Under the pieces are notes generated by a model, which worked only from the letters and a program-made list of their open reading frames with translations, had not been told where the DNA came from and ran no database searches. Both the position numbers and the translations under genes were made by a program. A stretch of 64,000 bases of DNA from Epithemia pelagica. Lineage: Eukaryota; Protista; Bacillariophyta. The DNA lies in NCBI GenBank assembly GCA_946965045.2, contig OX337229.1:2108001-2172000 (forward strand). Reading direction: 5' to 3'. This document shows, one piece after another, positions 1-11,088 of this stretch (position 1 is the first letter of the stretch; every line of letters begins with the position of its first letter).

Positions 1-389
1 TGAGACGAGTCGGAGAGAATATTCGAAATCCATGAACATAGTACAAACATTTTCAGATCGCTCAAACCTTTTTGTCGCCGTACCGGGTGCCTATAGAGCT
101 ACCTAGGTAGTCTTTCACATTGTGTGGAGAATGTCGAGAAACCTTCTTACTTCTTACAACTTCCATCGCTCTGATTCAATGCAGAGAGGCGATCGCTCAA
201 GAAATCACACACACAAGAGTAAGAGTTAAGAGTTCCCTCTTGCATGGAATTGAACGGGGAAATCGGAAGCTGTTCCTTACATGCTTACGTCACAAATTAC
301 TCCTCAGAGCGATGGAACGCCATTATTTAAACAATTTTTGAGCCGTAACATCTTCCGAATACTAAGAAAGTGGTGTGAAGCGTGTGTCG

Positions 390-1409
390 ATGACATCCCA
401 CTTGGCAATGCGTGGGAGGTTGAAGGTAGTCCAAGTACTGAGTAAACATCTCATGTTGTTGTGGACGTTCTACATCTTGGCGATTGTCCGTCTTTCATCA
501 ACAATCGACGAACTTGGAGAGCAAGTAGTGCAAAGTAGCAACAGCAGTAGTATGCAAACAGCCAATCAACCCGCCATCAAGCTCACGTACTTTAATGATT
601 CAAAGGGGAGGAATGAGCTGACTCGTCTCATTTTCGCCGTCGGAAATGTACCCTATCACGACGAGTTGATCCCAGCCAAAGAATATCGTGAGTTGCGCAG
701 CCAGAATGCGATTCCCTGGGGACAATTGCCAACTTTGACCTTGAGAGTAACAAATAATGAAGGAAAAGAAGAAGAGGAAGTTCATGGTCAATCCTGTTCG
801 ATTGCTCGCTACGCGGCCAAACTAGCCAAGATCTACCCCGAGGAATCTTCGATGGATGCCCTTCGCACGGATGCAGTCGTGGATTCATGGCGTGATTTGT
901 TGGATTTGTTCTATGATACTGTGTTCAAACGAAGTGTCATTGGTGGCAACTTACAAATGTTTCCTCGTCTCCCATCGGAACGAGCAGGTCGACTCCAAGC
1001 ATTTCTTGAGACCGAATTACGGCAGACCTTGGAACGATATGAACGTCTATTGAGTAAAAACACTGGTGGTCAAGTGTGTCGTGAAAGTGCGATTCCATTT
1101 CCTAGTTGGGCCGATTTGGCCATTTTCGATGTCGTCAAGACCATGGAGGGACCACTCACAACAAGTCAATTCCAAAGCGTTATGGAAGGAAAACCGACAC
1201 TTACCAAACTTGTGGATCGTATTGATAGTATGGAGGCCATTCAACAACACTTGAAGAAGTATCCCTACAAGGATTTGTCGTTCTTATTTGCCGTCGTGCC
1301 GTGGTGGAAACGATTGCTGCATGCCGTACTGTTTCCCGTTTTGGAATGTTTCTACGGAGTCAAAACATTGCTCGCCCACTATGAGGCTAAGAAGAAAAAT
1401 AAGAACTGA
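390..1409 (+). CDS. Glutathione S-transferase, sigma/hematopoietic PGD-synthase-like, with hydrophobic N-terminal segment
   Basis: GST N-domain motifs IKLTYF-KGRNELTRL-IPWGQLPTL-QSCSIARY and C-domain SWADLAIFD (N-cap). Start is uncertain: in-frame ATGs at 390, 408 and 453, the last opening MLLLWTFYILAIV. Confidence 0.8.
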   Translation: MTSHLAMRGRLKVVQVLSKHLMLLWTFYILAIVRLSSTIDELGEQVVQSSNSSSMQTANQPAIKLTYFNDSKGRNELTRLIFAVGNVPYHDELIPAKEYRELRSQNAIPWGQLPTLTLRVTNNEGKEEEEVHGQSCSIARYAAKLAKIYPEESSMDALRTDAVVDSWRDLLDLFYDTVFKRSVIGGNLQMFPRLPSERAGRLQAFLETELRQTLERYERLLSKNTGGQVCRESAIPFPSWADLAIFDVVKTMEGPLTTSQFQSVMEGKPTLTKLVDRIDSMEAIQQHLKKYPYKDLSFLFAVVPWWKRLLHAVLFPVLECFYGVKTLLAHYEAKKKNKN

Positions 1410-1979
1410 ATCGCTTGTCATATACAATGCGTTTCGTGCAGATTTCTGCCATCCAAAGCCACTCTCTGGAGTGGTTGTTGTGTTGAAGATGAGACATGCT
1501 TCGACTACTGCACTGCAAACAACCAATTAGAACCCCGTATGGTATAGGAGCTAATAATACCACCATAAGAAGACGCCCACGTCTAGGTCATGAGAAAAGC
1601 TGGTGTCGTCAGGATCATATAGCTTTTTATCTCATAGATTTTTCCATTTGCCTCGGACTGCACGGCAAGAAACAAAGTCGTTTATTTCAGACCCATCAAC
1701 ACTTCAAATCGTACGTAATCATCATTCTAGCGGAACTGATGTACGCTACTTGTGTAATGGCAACTCACGTATCGACAAGGCTATGAGCATGAGGAACTTT
1801 TGCCTCTCTCACAACAACAAAGGCGGTACTCTAGGATTACTAGAGGAGTATATAAACTTCGTTCTGTGCGCTTCGGGAGAGATAGAGAGGGTAGACTTCA
1901 CGTCCGTCCTTCGTCGCGCGGAGGCACATCCAAACACCAAGTGAGCACAATTGGGATCATCATCTGTGACGTTCAGACA

Positions 1980-4028
1980 ATGATGACCACGACGGAACCA
2001 GAACCTTCTGGATCCAAGGAGGATGTGAAAAGTGGAGAAGGCAACGAGGACGCTCCCGAGACAGAATCAGCCCCTCAAACGCAATTTCATTTGAGTTTGT
2101 TTCAAACCTTGAGCCGTGTCCAATCGGAGCATGGCATCCCTCTTTTGGATTACGCTCAATATCATGAGTACTGTACGAAACGGTTGCATCGCATCCGTCA
2201 TCATAAGGATGTCCGGAATCAACTCGTAAATAGCACCAAGTATCGAAAACAGGCCGCGACGTCAGCGGCGGGTGCCAAGGCAGGGAGTGGTGGTGGCGAT
2301 GCAACTGCTGCTGCGGCTTCCAGCAAAAAGTCACGATCGCGATCTTCGGCAGGAGGACGGCATGCCTTTTGTGCACAACCAGTCCTTCCTGAAAATGGAG
2401 TGATATCCCATGAATACGTGTTGTGGAATTTGGTGTTTCAAGCGGAACGAGCCTGGTCCATGGCATGCTCGATGCAAGGGAATGATAGCGCAACTTCATC
2501 CGGACCAAATAGTAGCAACAACAACAGCACCTTTGGAAAGAAACAAAAGGCTCCATCCAAGAGTCATATCATTTCTCGCTTGAATAAGGCTGTTCATTGG
2601 GCTAGCTTGCTGGAAAGTGCCACCTCCAACGGCACTTGCGTGACTCCCACTACACAACGAGAAATTCAATCCTATTTGCAATGGATGAAGGGCAACCAGC
2701 AGCTACAGAAGCAAGATTATGTTGGCGCCTTTCGATCATTCACTTCCAGTCGAACACTTTTGCTCGAACTGGCTAGCACGAAGGATGGCAGTGGTGAGGC
2801 CACGACGGATGCCGAACAGGTAGCAAGGCAAGATATGTGGACCAATCGAGCCAACGATCTCTTGCTTCCTTTGATTCGGTACTGTCAGTACGAAGCCAAA
2901 GATGACGATTTGGTGCAGCCAGAAGAGTCTGCGAGCTCTGAGACGAAAGTAAAAGCGAAGAAAGAAAGTCACGGAATATCTGTTGAGTTTCGAAACCAAA
3001 CCATTGTCTTGGACTCGTATGCACAACTGGCGGTGCTGTATCTCAAGCTTGAAAAACACTTGGTCGGATCAGCTTTGGAAAAAGACGAGAACGAAAACGA
3101 AGTTACTAGTAGCCCATTATCGGAAACGGAGTTCTTGCAATGTTTATCGGATTTGGACGATGCCTTACGGCTGAGTGTGCAAGAACTTAAGCGATACCAA
3201 GCCTTACCAGATGGTCCTGCAGTCCACGCCAAACGAAGAGAACTTTCCAGTCTGAAGGCCTTTTTCCAGTACCATAAATTGTCCTTGCAGCGTCAACACC
3301 AAGAGGACCGTCTGGAACAACAAGAAAGTAATGTCTTTGTCGCGGACGCGGCCGAAATGCTTCATGTGTACGAGGCCTTGTTGAAGAACGTACAAGCCAT
3401 GGCAGACTTGAATCGTCAAGACGAGAATGATAGTGCCGAGAATCCCGATGCGAAATATTATCCCGAAGATGATCCGTTGTGGTTGGAAGCCCAAACGCAT
3501 GTAGTTCGGATTCGTGCCCTTCGTTGTTTTCAGTTGGCCCGGCTTTACGAGTCGCCCCAATGGCTCACAGGGACCACCACAGAGCAGGTACTGGCGCTCT
3601 TGCATCAATGCCGTCGTCTCGAACGACGAGCTCAGGAGGAAGTGGCGGCCTGTGAATTTGCCAACCCGGCTGATGAGGAGAAATATCAGAAACAACTGGA
3701 AATGCTCCATGTCCATGTCTTGGCAATGATTGCGCGTGTCAGTGCGGTCAGATTCCTCGAACAAGGAGAAGCTGCTACGGCCTCCAGCAAAGCAACGAAC
3801 CGACCATTGTGGCTGCGACTACGAGACTTGGATGCAGGAGTGGTCTTGGCTGATCAAGATCCCTCCCCGATCCTCATGCCGATTCCTTGCAAGCCGGTTT
3901 TCTATGACGTGGCATGGGAACATGTGACGGATTCCATGTCGTCCATGAATGTGTTGGACGATTATATTGCCCGAAGTGAACCCCAAAAGACGAAGTCGGG
4001 ATCTGGATTATTTGGGTGGTTCTCGTAG
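1980..4028 (+). CDS. SRP68: Signal recognition particle subunit SRP68
   Basis: N-terminal LSLFQ..SEHGI..DYAQYHEYCTKRLHRIR and C-terminal PIPCKPVFYDVAW...GLFGWF match SRP68 hallmark segments. First ATG at 1980. Confidence 0.9.
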   Translation: MMTTTEPEPSGSKEDVKSGEGNEDAPETESAPQTQFHLSLFQTLSRVQSEHGIPLLDYAQYHEYCTKRLHRIRHHKDVRNQLVNSTKYRKQAATSAAGAKAGSGGGDATAAAASSKKSRSRSSAGGRHAFCAQPVLPENGVISHEYVLWNLVFQAERAWSMACSMQGNDSATSSGPNSSNNNSTFGKKQKAPSKSHIISRLNKAVHWASLLESATSNGTCVTPTTQREIQSYLQWMKGNQQLQKQDYVGAFRSFTSSRTLLLELASTKDGSGEATTDAEQVARQDMWTNRANDLLLPLIRYCQYEAKDDDLVQPEESASSETKVKAKKESHGISVEFRNQTIVLDSYAQLAVLYLKLEKHLVGSALEKDENENEVTSSPLSETEFLQCLSDLDDALRLSVQELKRYQALPDGPAVHAKRRELSSLKAFFQYHKLSLQRQHQEDRLEQQESNVFVADAAEMLHVYEALLKNVQAMADLNRQDENDSAENPDAKYYPEDDPLWLEAQTHVVRIRALRCFQLARLYESPQWLTGTTTEQVLALLHQCRRLERRAQEEVAACEFANPADEEKYQKQLEMLHVHVLAMIARVSAVRFLEQGEAATASSKATNRPLWLRLRDLDAGVVLADQDPSPILMPIPCKPVFYDVAWEHVTDSMSSMNVLDDYIARSEPQKTKSGSGLFGWFS

Positions 4029-4335
4029 TCAGCGGAGGAAGAATGGATTTTAGGGAGAATCAAGTTGAGAGGAAACATGTCATTTTTAAAGCCTGTCACA
4101 AGGAATACGCAAAATTCGATGATTTCACATCGCACCCACATCACAACAAATGACACGGACGGAATTCCATTATGGTAGATGGCACACACCCTCATCTGAC
4201 AATAAAATATGTTATGCTTCTTGTTGAAAGTTCATTTAGATGGAATTTCATAATTATTCTCGTGGTTTTTAGAGCTAAACACGTCCTCTCTCCTTTTCTT
4301 TGTGGAGAGCAGCTATGAGCGTATCCCAGTAAATG

Positions 4336-4486
4336 TCCAATCAGATTGCCGACCAGATGCGACTGAAAGTTTGTATTTCCAGTAGAGCTCCAATCAGGTT
4401 GCCGACCCGCCCATTTTCGCGGGAACGCTCGCCGCGCCATCCCCCACCGCGTACGGTCCGCCTGTTGTCTCTTGCTTGGCGGCAAA
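4336..4486 (+). promoter_or_regulatory. Putative POLD3 promoter: duplicated CCAAT element plus two E2F-like sites
   Basis: TCCAATCAG(A/G)TTGCCGACC at 4336-4354 and 4389-4407; TTTCGCGG at 4415-4422; TTTGCCGC on the minus strand at 4486-4479; about 190-330 bp upstream of the POLD3 ATG. Confidence 0.5.
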
Positions 4487-4670
4487 TCTCTATCGACAAT
4501 GATAATAACTCCTGTTGTTGCTTCTTGTCGCTGTCACCACAATCTCTCCGAGACACTGCTAAGTACAGCCAGAGAAACAGGGACGCAACTCATTGAGTGT
4601 TTATTCCAAGCTTCTGTTGGTTCGCCTTTTTTCTGTGAGGTAGAAAACTTTGGAAGAGCCTTCCAACATC

Positions 4671-6213
4671 ATGGCATGCGTCCAAGCTCAACAACAGGAT
4701 GATCAAATGCAGCAACACGTTCGTGAAGTGACAAGTTTGTTGCAGGATGACCGAGAATGTGTATCTGTGACGAGGCTAGCAACGCGCTTGCATATTTCTC
4801 GCACCAAGGCCAGTCAAGTGCTCTCGCAAGTTCTGGAAGAGCAACAAGAACGCGTGACACGGAATCAGTCCGGACCAGCATTGGCCTCTCCCACCTACAT
4901 TACCAGCTCTACCTTGACGAGACGCGGCTGTGAAAGCACTCAGGGGACATGCGATCCTCCACCAGAGGGCGGTGATGTGGTACCGTGCACAGGTGAGATC
5001 TCGGTGAGATGGTTACTGCTACATATCAGATCTGTCCTTTATCACAAGGAATCTCACATTTTCTCTGGTTTCTGGACCAGTCTTCTCCTTCTCTGCATCC
5101 TCTATCCAAGAAAAAGAATCAAGCTCGTACATTAACAATCGCTTCCTCTATGCGTTAGTTCCCATGGAAGAAGAGGAGGCAAAGATGGATCCAGATACGA
5201 GTCGGAGTCACCAACTTCAGCAACTTACTTCGATGCATGAACAGACCCTGGCTGTCTGGCGTGATATGATACGAGATCGAGATACCGAGCAACTTCAGGC
5301 CAGTGTGGAGGCTGTACAAGATATCATTGGTCTCGATGAGGCAACGACAAAGGAAGAATGGCAAGCGCGATGGACCAAGTATCAACAGCCATCGACCGAG
5401 CTGGGGGCCAAGGCCGTTTCCCAAATGGCTGGAACTTCCCGAAGTTTGAAAATGAGAAAGAAAAGAGCTGTAACAGCATCAAGCTTTTTCGGTGGCTCTT
5501 CAAGTAACAAAACGACGAGTAGCACCAAGACTTCCTCGAGTACGACCAGCCTTTCTAATCGAGGTGCCACAGCGACAATGGTCAGCAAGACAAGCCAGAC
5601 CAAAAAGCAAGGTCCCTTTTCGAAAAGCGGTTCGAAGAAAAAAGCAGGAATGGCAGAAAAGGAAAATAAATTGCAACCTTCCAATGGGTCCTCTGTTAAA
5701 GTGGGAACCGCGGATGATTTTGTCGGTGATATTGACGATGAAGATGAAGAGGACGACATGGGGAAGTGCTATGATTCAAATATGGATGTGACTAAGCCAC
5801 TTGAGCAAGTACCAATGGTGGTCGAGAAACAGGGACCCAGACCTACGTTGGAAAATGGCGTGTCCAACGATGCAGAAGTTGCCGGTGAGTCCAACCGGCA
5901 AAGCGAGAATGATCTCATGGAAATGGAAGCTCCACCCGCTGCTCAGAAAGCATCGACAGGGGAACGCCGTAAGCCGCGTCGTAAAAAGTTGGTCAAGACA
6001 ACATACAGGGATACCAATGGATACTTGCGTTCTGAAATGAAAGAAGTGTGGGAGGAAATCCCGTCAGATGAAGAGGACGACAAGTCGGCGGTGAAACTGA
6101 AACAAACTCGTCCACTACCACACAAACAACCACCATCAAAGAAGAAAAAACCTGCTGCTGGCAAGCCTTCCAAATTGAAGCAAGGCAGTCTCTCTGCATT
6201 TTTCAAGAAGTAA
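4671..6213 (+). CDS. POLD3: DNA polymerase delta subunit 3 (Cdc27/p66)
   Basis: Exons 4671-4992 and 5159-6213; the GTGAG..TTAG intron at 4993-5158 restores the frame. N-terminal winged-helix-like segment (VSVTRLATRLHISRTKASQVL), KKLVKTTYRDTNGYLRSE motif and terminal PIP box QGSLSAFF. Confidence 0.88.
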
Positions 6214-6513
6214 AATAGAGCATGTCTTTTAAAAAGGGGACCTATTGTTTATTCTGTGGTTACCTGAACTCTACCATAAATATTGCGTGCTTATCACTTA
6301 GGACGGGCCATCTTCCTAGCTCTTTCGTTCTTGCAGTGTATGACCAAGCATGCATATAAAGTACAACGTCGTATAATAGAAAAATCACATTATATGTATC
6401 AATATAACCCCAAAACACACAATTCCACCCCCGTCAAGTGCTGATGTCACTTGTGCTAATGGACAATCGGAACGAGATTCATTCGATTCATACTCACCAC
6501 CACCAGCCTGTCC

Positions 6514-9500
6514 TCACTTCCCAAACATGTTGGCCAAGAGAGCAGCGGCCTCCAATTCACCGCGAATCCGTGGATCGCCATCCTTTTTGCCATCTTTGGA
6601 ATTCGTACCGTTCTTATTATCAAGCTTCTCTTTCGAATAACTCTCCAACCTTGATGACTCCCCGCTTGTTTTCTTAATATTTTCATCAGTTTTCTTTTCC
6701 TCCTCCACTTCTGTTTCTTTCACATCGACCTTATCTATCGTCTCAGTGGTGGAACTAGCACCCAAATTGGCCTTTTCATCGTTTGTCTCACGGTCAACGA
6801 CTTCAGTCGAGATATCTTTTGCCAAGGTTGCCGATATCTCATCTTTCATTTTATCCTCCAAGACAATAGATTCTTCCTTCCCTTGTACAGACGCGTCCTT
6901 TTCTTGGTTATGCTGCGGAGCTCTGCTCGAGTCATTACCGGAAGCGGCGGACTCCAGTGTCGTAGCATCAGCCACAGAAGAAATAGGGTCTTTCTTTCCC
7001 TCCTCTGATGTCTGGTCCTTATTGTTATTGTCGTCAGAGGGAGCCGCGGTTTCAGGTAAAGTCGGTGAGGTCTTGTCAGAGGGAGCCGCGGTTTCAGGTA
7101 AAGTCGGTGAGGTCGACGTGGAAGGTGTTTGAGAAGGAGGAGCGGCAAGAGGTGGTGGTGGTCCATATCCCGTCGGAGGCACATAGACACCAGAAGAAGA
7201 GGCACGGCGAACCAATTCGTCCATCTTTTGCATTTCCTGGGCTACAATGGACGCTTGTCGTTGAATCGCAGCAACAGCTTCAGGATTATGATGAGGAGGT
7301 GGCTGGTTACCCGTTACTGGATTCTTTGTCGGCTCTCCTGATGGTAGAGCGGATTGAGAAGGAGGGGCATGTTGACTGTTTTCCTGGGTCCCAGTCGCAC
7401 CGGATACACCATTGGAAGAGCCACTTGGGGCGTTGGTTCCACTATTTGCGTCTTTACCACCAACTTCCAAAGGCGAAGAGGAAGGACTTTTTCGTTGTGG
7501 CATGGAAGCATTGCCTTGTCCTGGGTCTCCATCACTTGGGCTTCCTGTAGGATTACTGTCGGGAGGAGATGTCGAGGAGGCTGGTGCTACTCCATTGACA
7601 GGTTGCATCGACGGGGCGTGATGGCCAGGACCTCCAGGAGCGGGACCGTACATCATAGCGGATGGTGTCGGTCCTCTGTCGCTAGGATCATTTGCGGGTT
7701 GTGGGTTACCCCTATGCATTCCAGGATGAGCCGTAGGCACGTAACCAACACCACTGCCGTCCATGTTCGGTGCTTGCTGAGGTGGATGAGGGGGGTATCC
7801 ACTTGCGTACATCATGCTGGGCGTTGGAGTACGCTCCGTTCCATCCGTGCTGCCACCACTGGCTGCAGTGCCAGTCGATGGAGCTGCGTTCGAACCCGGA
7901 TTTGTTGGGATGGGTACCGTTGGTGGTGGATATCCATTCATCGCGCCATAAGGAATATGACTATTTGGAGGTGGGCCATTGGGAGCAGCACCCGGTGGCA
8001 TAGGTCGAGACATGTAGCCGCCATTGTACATCATGCTGGGTGCCATGCCCCCCTCATAACCCTGAGTCGTGCTTCCATTATTATTGTTGTGATGACCGAT
8101 GCCTGGGTTGGAGGGGGGTGGAGCCATGGCTGGATGAGGCATGTACGAATTGCCATACATCATTCCCTGCGGAGGAGGATACGGCCCAGATGGAGGGACG
8201 TTCCAATGAGGATGCGGGGGCATTGGATGATGAGGAGGAGGACCATGTGGGGGAGGAGGGTAATAATGCTGCATAGCTCCCGGTTGGCCCGATGCGGGAT
8301 GCACTCTCTGTGGGTGAGGCTGTTGTGGCTGCTGGCCAGCATGAGACTGCTGGTCGTCCGAGGGCACCATCCGAGGATCAACCATGCGATCAGCAATGGT
8401 TGGTCGAACTCCACCCGGACCACGCTCTCGCTTAAGATCACGCAGTGCTTGACAAGTCTTTATGGTTTAAAAGGAACAATTTCATACTTGAATGTTAGAT
8501 CATTCATTCAAATACAAACGACAACACCACCTATTTAGGGTGACTGTCAAGAAACCAATCGTACCTTTTCGAGAATTTTGGACTGAGCAATTTCGTACCA
8601 CTTATTGTCCTTTGCATTTTGTTGGAGAAAGCGGCCGGGTGGAGTTTGACGACGCCAGTTGGTAATAATGCCAAGGGCCACTCGTTTCTTGCTGCGGCTG
8701 GTTTGGTATTCTTGCCGAGAATACTTGATCAAATCCAAAAATCGTTGATTCGCAACACGGTGAAAGTGTTTCCGCCCTCGTCCGCCATACAACACGTCGT
8801 TGTCCCTATCATACAAGCGACACAAACAAAACACAGAAAGAGATGTAAGATTGCAGTCCAGCCAACCGAGTGGAGTGCTGTTTTTTGGGGACATATATCC
8901 TTACATGAGGGGCCAAACGGGTTTGGAGGGATCCGTTTTGGACACATCACCCTTGGGAGAAGAAGAATCGTCCTCGAGGGACTCCGATACTTCCATCGGC
9001 GTTCTAGTAGAATCCTCTGCTCCACCTGCACTAAGAGAACCGGGTGATGGTTGTTGCGTAGCCATCGTTACTGGTTGCCCTGGTACTCCCTCTGAATTGC
9101 CGCTAAAATCAGATGTTGCATTCGGTAGGACTGCAATCGCTTTGTTGTCTTGTTCCAATGATGCATCCAGGGGATTAGATGGATTAGTTCCCTCTTTCGG
9201 AGAGAATTTCAAAGATAATCCCACTCCTGGCTCACTGATAAGCTCGTTTGGCGCCGAATCGGTACCTGAGATGGCAGTTGTATCCATGGCTTCACTTCCT
9301 TGTTGATGTTGTTCTTGTGGAGGCGAGGAAGGTGATGCCGAATCAGGTGTGGCAGTTTCTGACATGGAAGCAACCGTCAAGGATACTTTGCGGGTCAAGG
9401 ACGCTATGGAAGTTTGCGCGTGGCTGCTCGCGTTATTTTTCTTTTCGCGAAGGGCCTGGCATGTTTTTTCAATGGCTCGTTTGCGTGGCACTTCCTTGAA

Positions 9501-9909
9501 CCGTTTGTTGTCGGCCTGCGGCTCGAGGAAGCGACCTGGTGGTTCCAGGGCAGATATTTCGTTGATCACAAGCTCAGCAACAGAACCCTTGACATTACGA
9601 GGCGTTTGTGCATAGAGAGGCTTGTATTTGTTGATAATGGAGCGGAACATTTGGTTGCCAGGGAGACAGTTAATTCCATTCCCCTTCCCCAAAACCTGCA
9701 ACGACGTTAACCAGACAACAAATCAGGAAGATTGAGATACGTTGGGATCATAGAGGAGTGTTTGGTTTGGAACAAGCAAAACTGGTTTCTCATTCACTTA
9801 CCACATCATGCGGTGTAAAGGTTTCTTCCGTCAAATCGGCGCAAAGTTCTTCTGGTACTTCGCCTCCAATGACAGGGGAGGCCCGTGAAGATGGTAATGC
9901 TTCTGCCAT
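6514..9909 (-). CDS. Protein with two DUF6824 domains and a long Pro/Gln/His-rich disordered C-terminus (putative transcriptional regulator)
   Basis: Exons 9909-9802, 9695-8905, 8805-8565 and 8457-6514; introns GTAAGT..CAG, GTAAGG..TAG and GTACGA..AAG, all frame-consistent. Splicing rebuilds PHDVVLGKG..PGN..FR..PPGRFL..EKTCQALRE and DVLYGGRG..PPGRFL..WYE..EKTCQALRD. Confidence 0.8.
7033..7114. repeat. 42-bp in-frame tandem duplication (TSPTLPETAAPSD x2)
   Basis: gtcagagggagccgcggtttcaggtaaagtcggtgaggtc at 7033 and again at 7075. Confidence 0.95.
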
Positions 9910-10949
9910 GATTGTAATGGACTTCGACGATGACAACGAGAAGAATCAACAACGGATCCCAACACAACGACAACAATCACAAAATCCCACCACTACCGAG
10001 GTAGACAACAGCACCACGCTTTCCCCTTCCGACGCCAATCCTTCGCAATCTCCCCTTCTTCCCCTAGACAAGAGAGCCTTCAATCAATCAACCAACCAAC
10101 CTACCAGAATATAGGGATGGAACCTAGAGATGCCTCACCCACAACTACCAAATACAATAGAATCGGATCTGGGAGCAATCGGAAAGGAGAGAAAGGAAGG
10201 CGAGAAATGGAGGCTGTCGATCGCAACAACAGCCAAACTACTTCCCAGTGTTTGTACTCTGTATGGCTTGTAAATTTTACTAAACATTAAAATACTCTAA
10301 GACGCTTTCAGGAGTAAATCGTCTACGACCAAGACTACGGGTTGGTACTTCTCCACGAACAAGAGCAAGTAGGACCTTATATGGCCCCAAACTTTGAGTC
10401 ATTGCGGTACTCTATGAACCACAGTCAAACCGTTCGCCTCGCAGTCTTGATACCGTTGGCGCCGATCTTTGCTCTTGTTCACACCGAGCGCCCGTGTACT
10501 TCGAGATGGACAGTCCCATCCATTCGTTTTTGCGCTTTTGAGGCACTAAGACTAACTAAGACTAACGATGAGACATCGACCGAGACCACCAGACTTCTCT
10601 GTAACATCTACATTTCAGTATCCATTTCACATATCTTATGACTAAATGAGCATAAACTATATGTTACAGTGTAATGTCCGGCATGCGGACAGGACCAAAA
10701 CGGATCGTTGGGCATGCGCGCAAGACATAGCAGATAGGATGGAGTCCGATCAAGATTTAGGCTCCAGTTACTTATGGTTGGAGGGCCGTACGGTATGGGA
10801 GTAGTTATGATTTCGTGACCCAACGCCCAAGTCCAACTGACAACGACTGACATGTCAAATTTTTGTACAAATTATTGTCATAGTCAAACTAAATATCCAT
10901 TGTTTTGTACTAGAATAGACCATATTGTAAGAACAAACGTATCCCCACT

Positions 10950-11032
10950 CCCCACCTCGCCTCCAAACCCGAATCCTTTCTTCTCTGTAGGTGTTGGCCC
11001 CACCTCACCTCCAAACCCGAATCCTTTCTTCT
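10950..11032. repeat. About 35-bp direct repeat with 48-bp period, upstream of the ABC-F ATG
   Basis: ccccacctc(g/a)cctccaaacccgaatcctttcttct at 10950 and 10998. Confidence 0.9.
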
Positions 11033-11088
11033 GTCCACGTCTCGACAAAACGAGCGTCCAGATCAAGATCTCTCCCCCCAAAAGAAAA

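Noticed and set aside
10852-11088. 79-aa N-terminal extension of the ABC-F ORF, and similar track extensions at 1800, 46882 and 59458
   Set aside because: These read through promoter/UTR-like sequence, including the 48-bp duplication, and several begin at non-ATG codons; downstream ATGs fit better.
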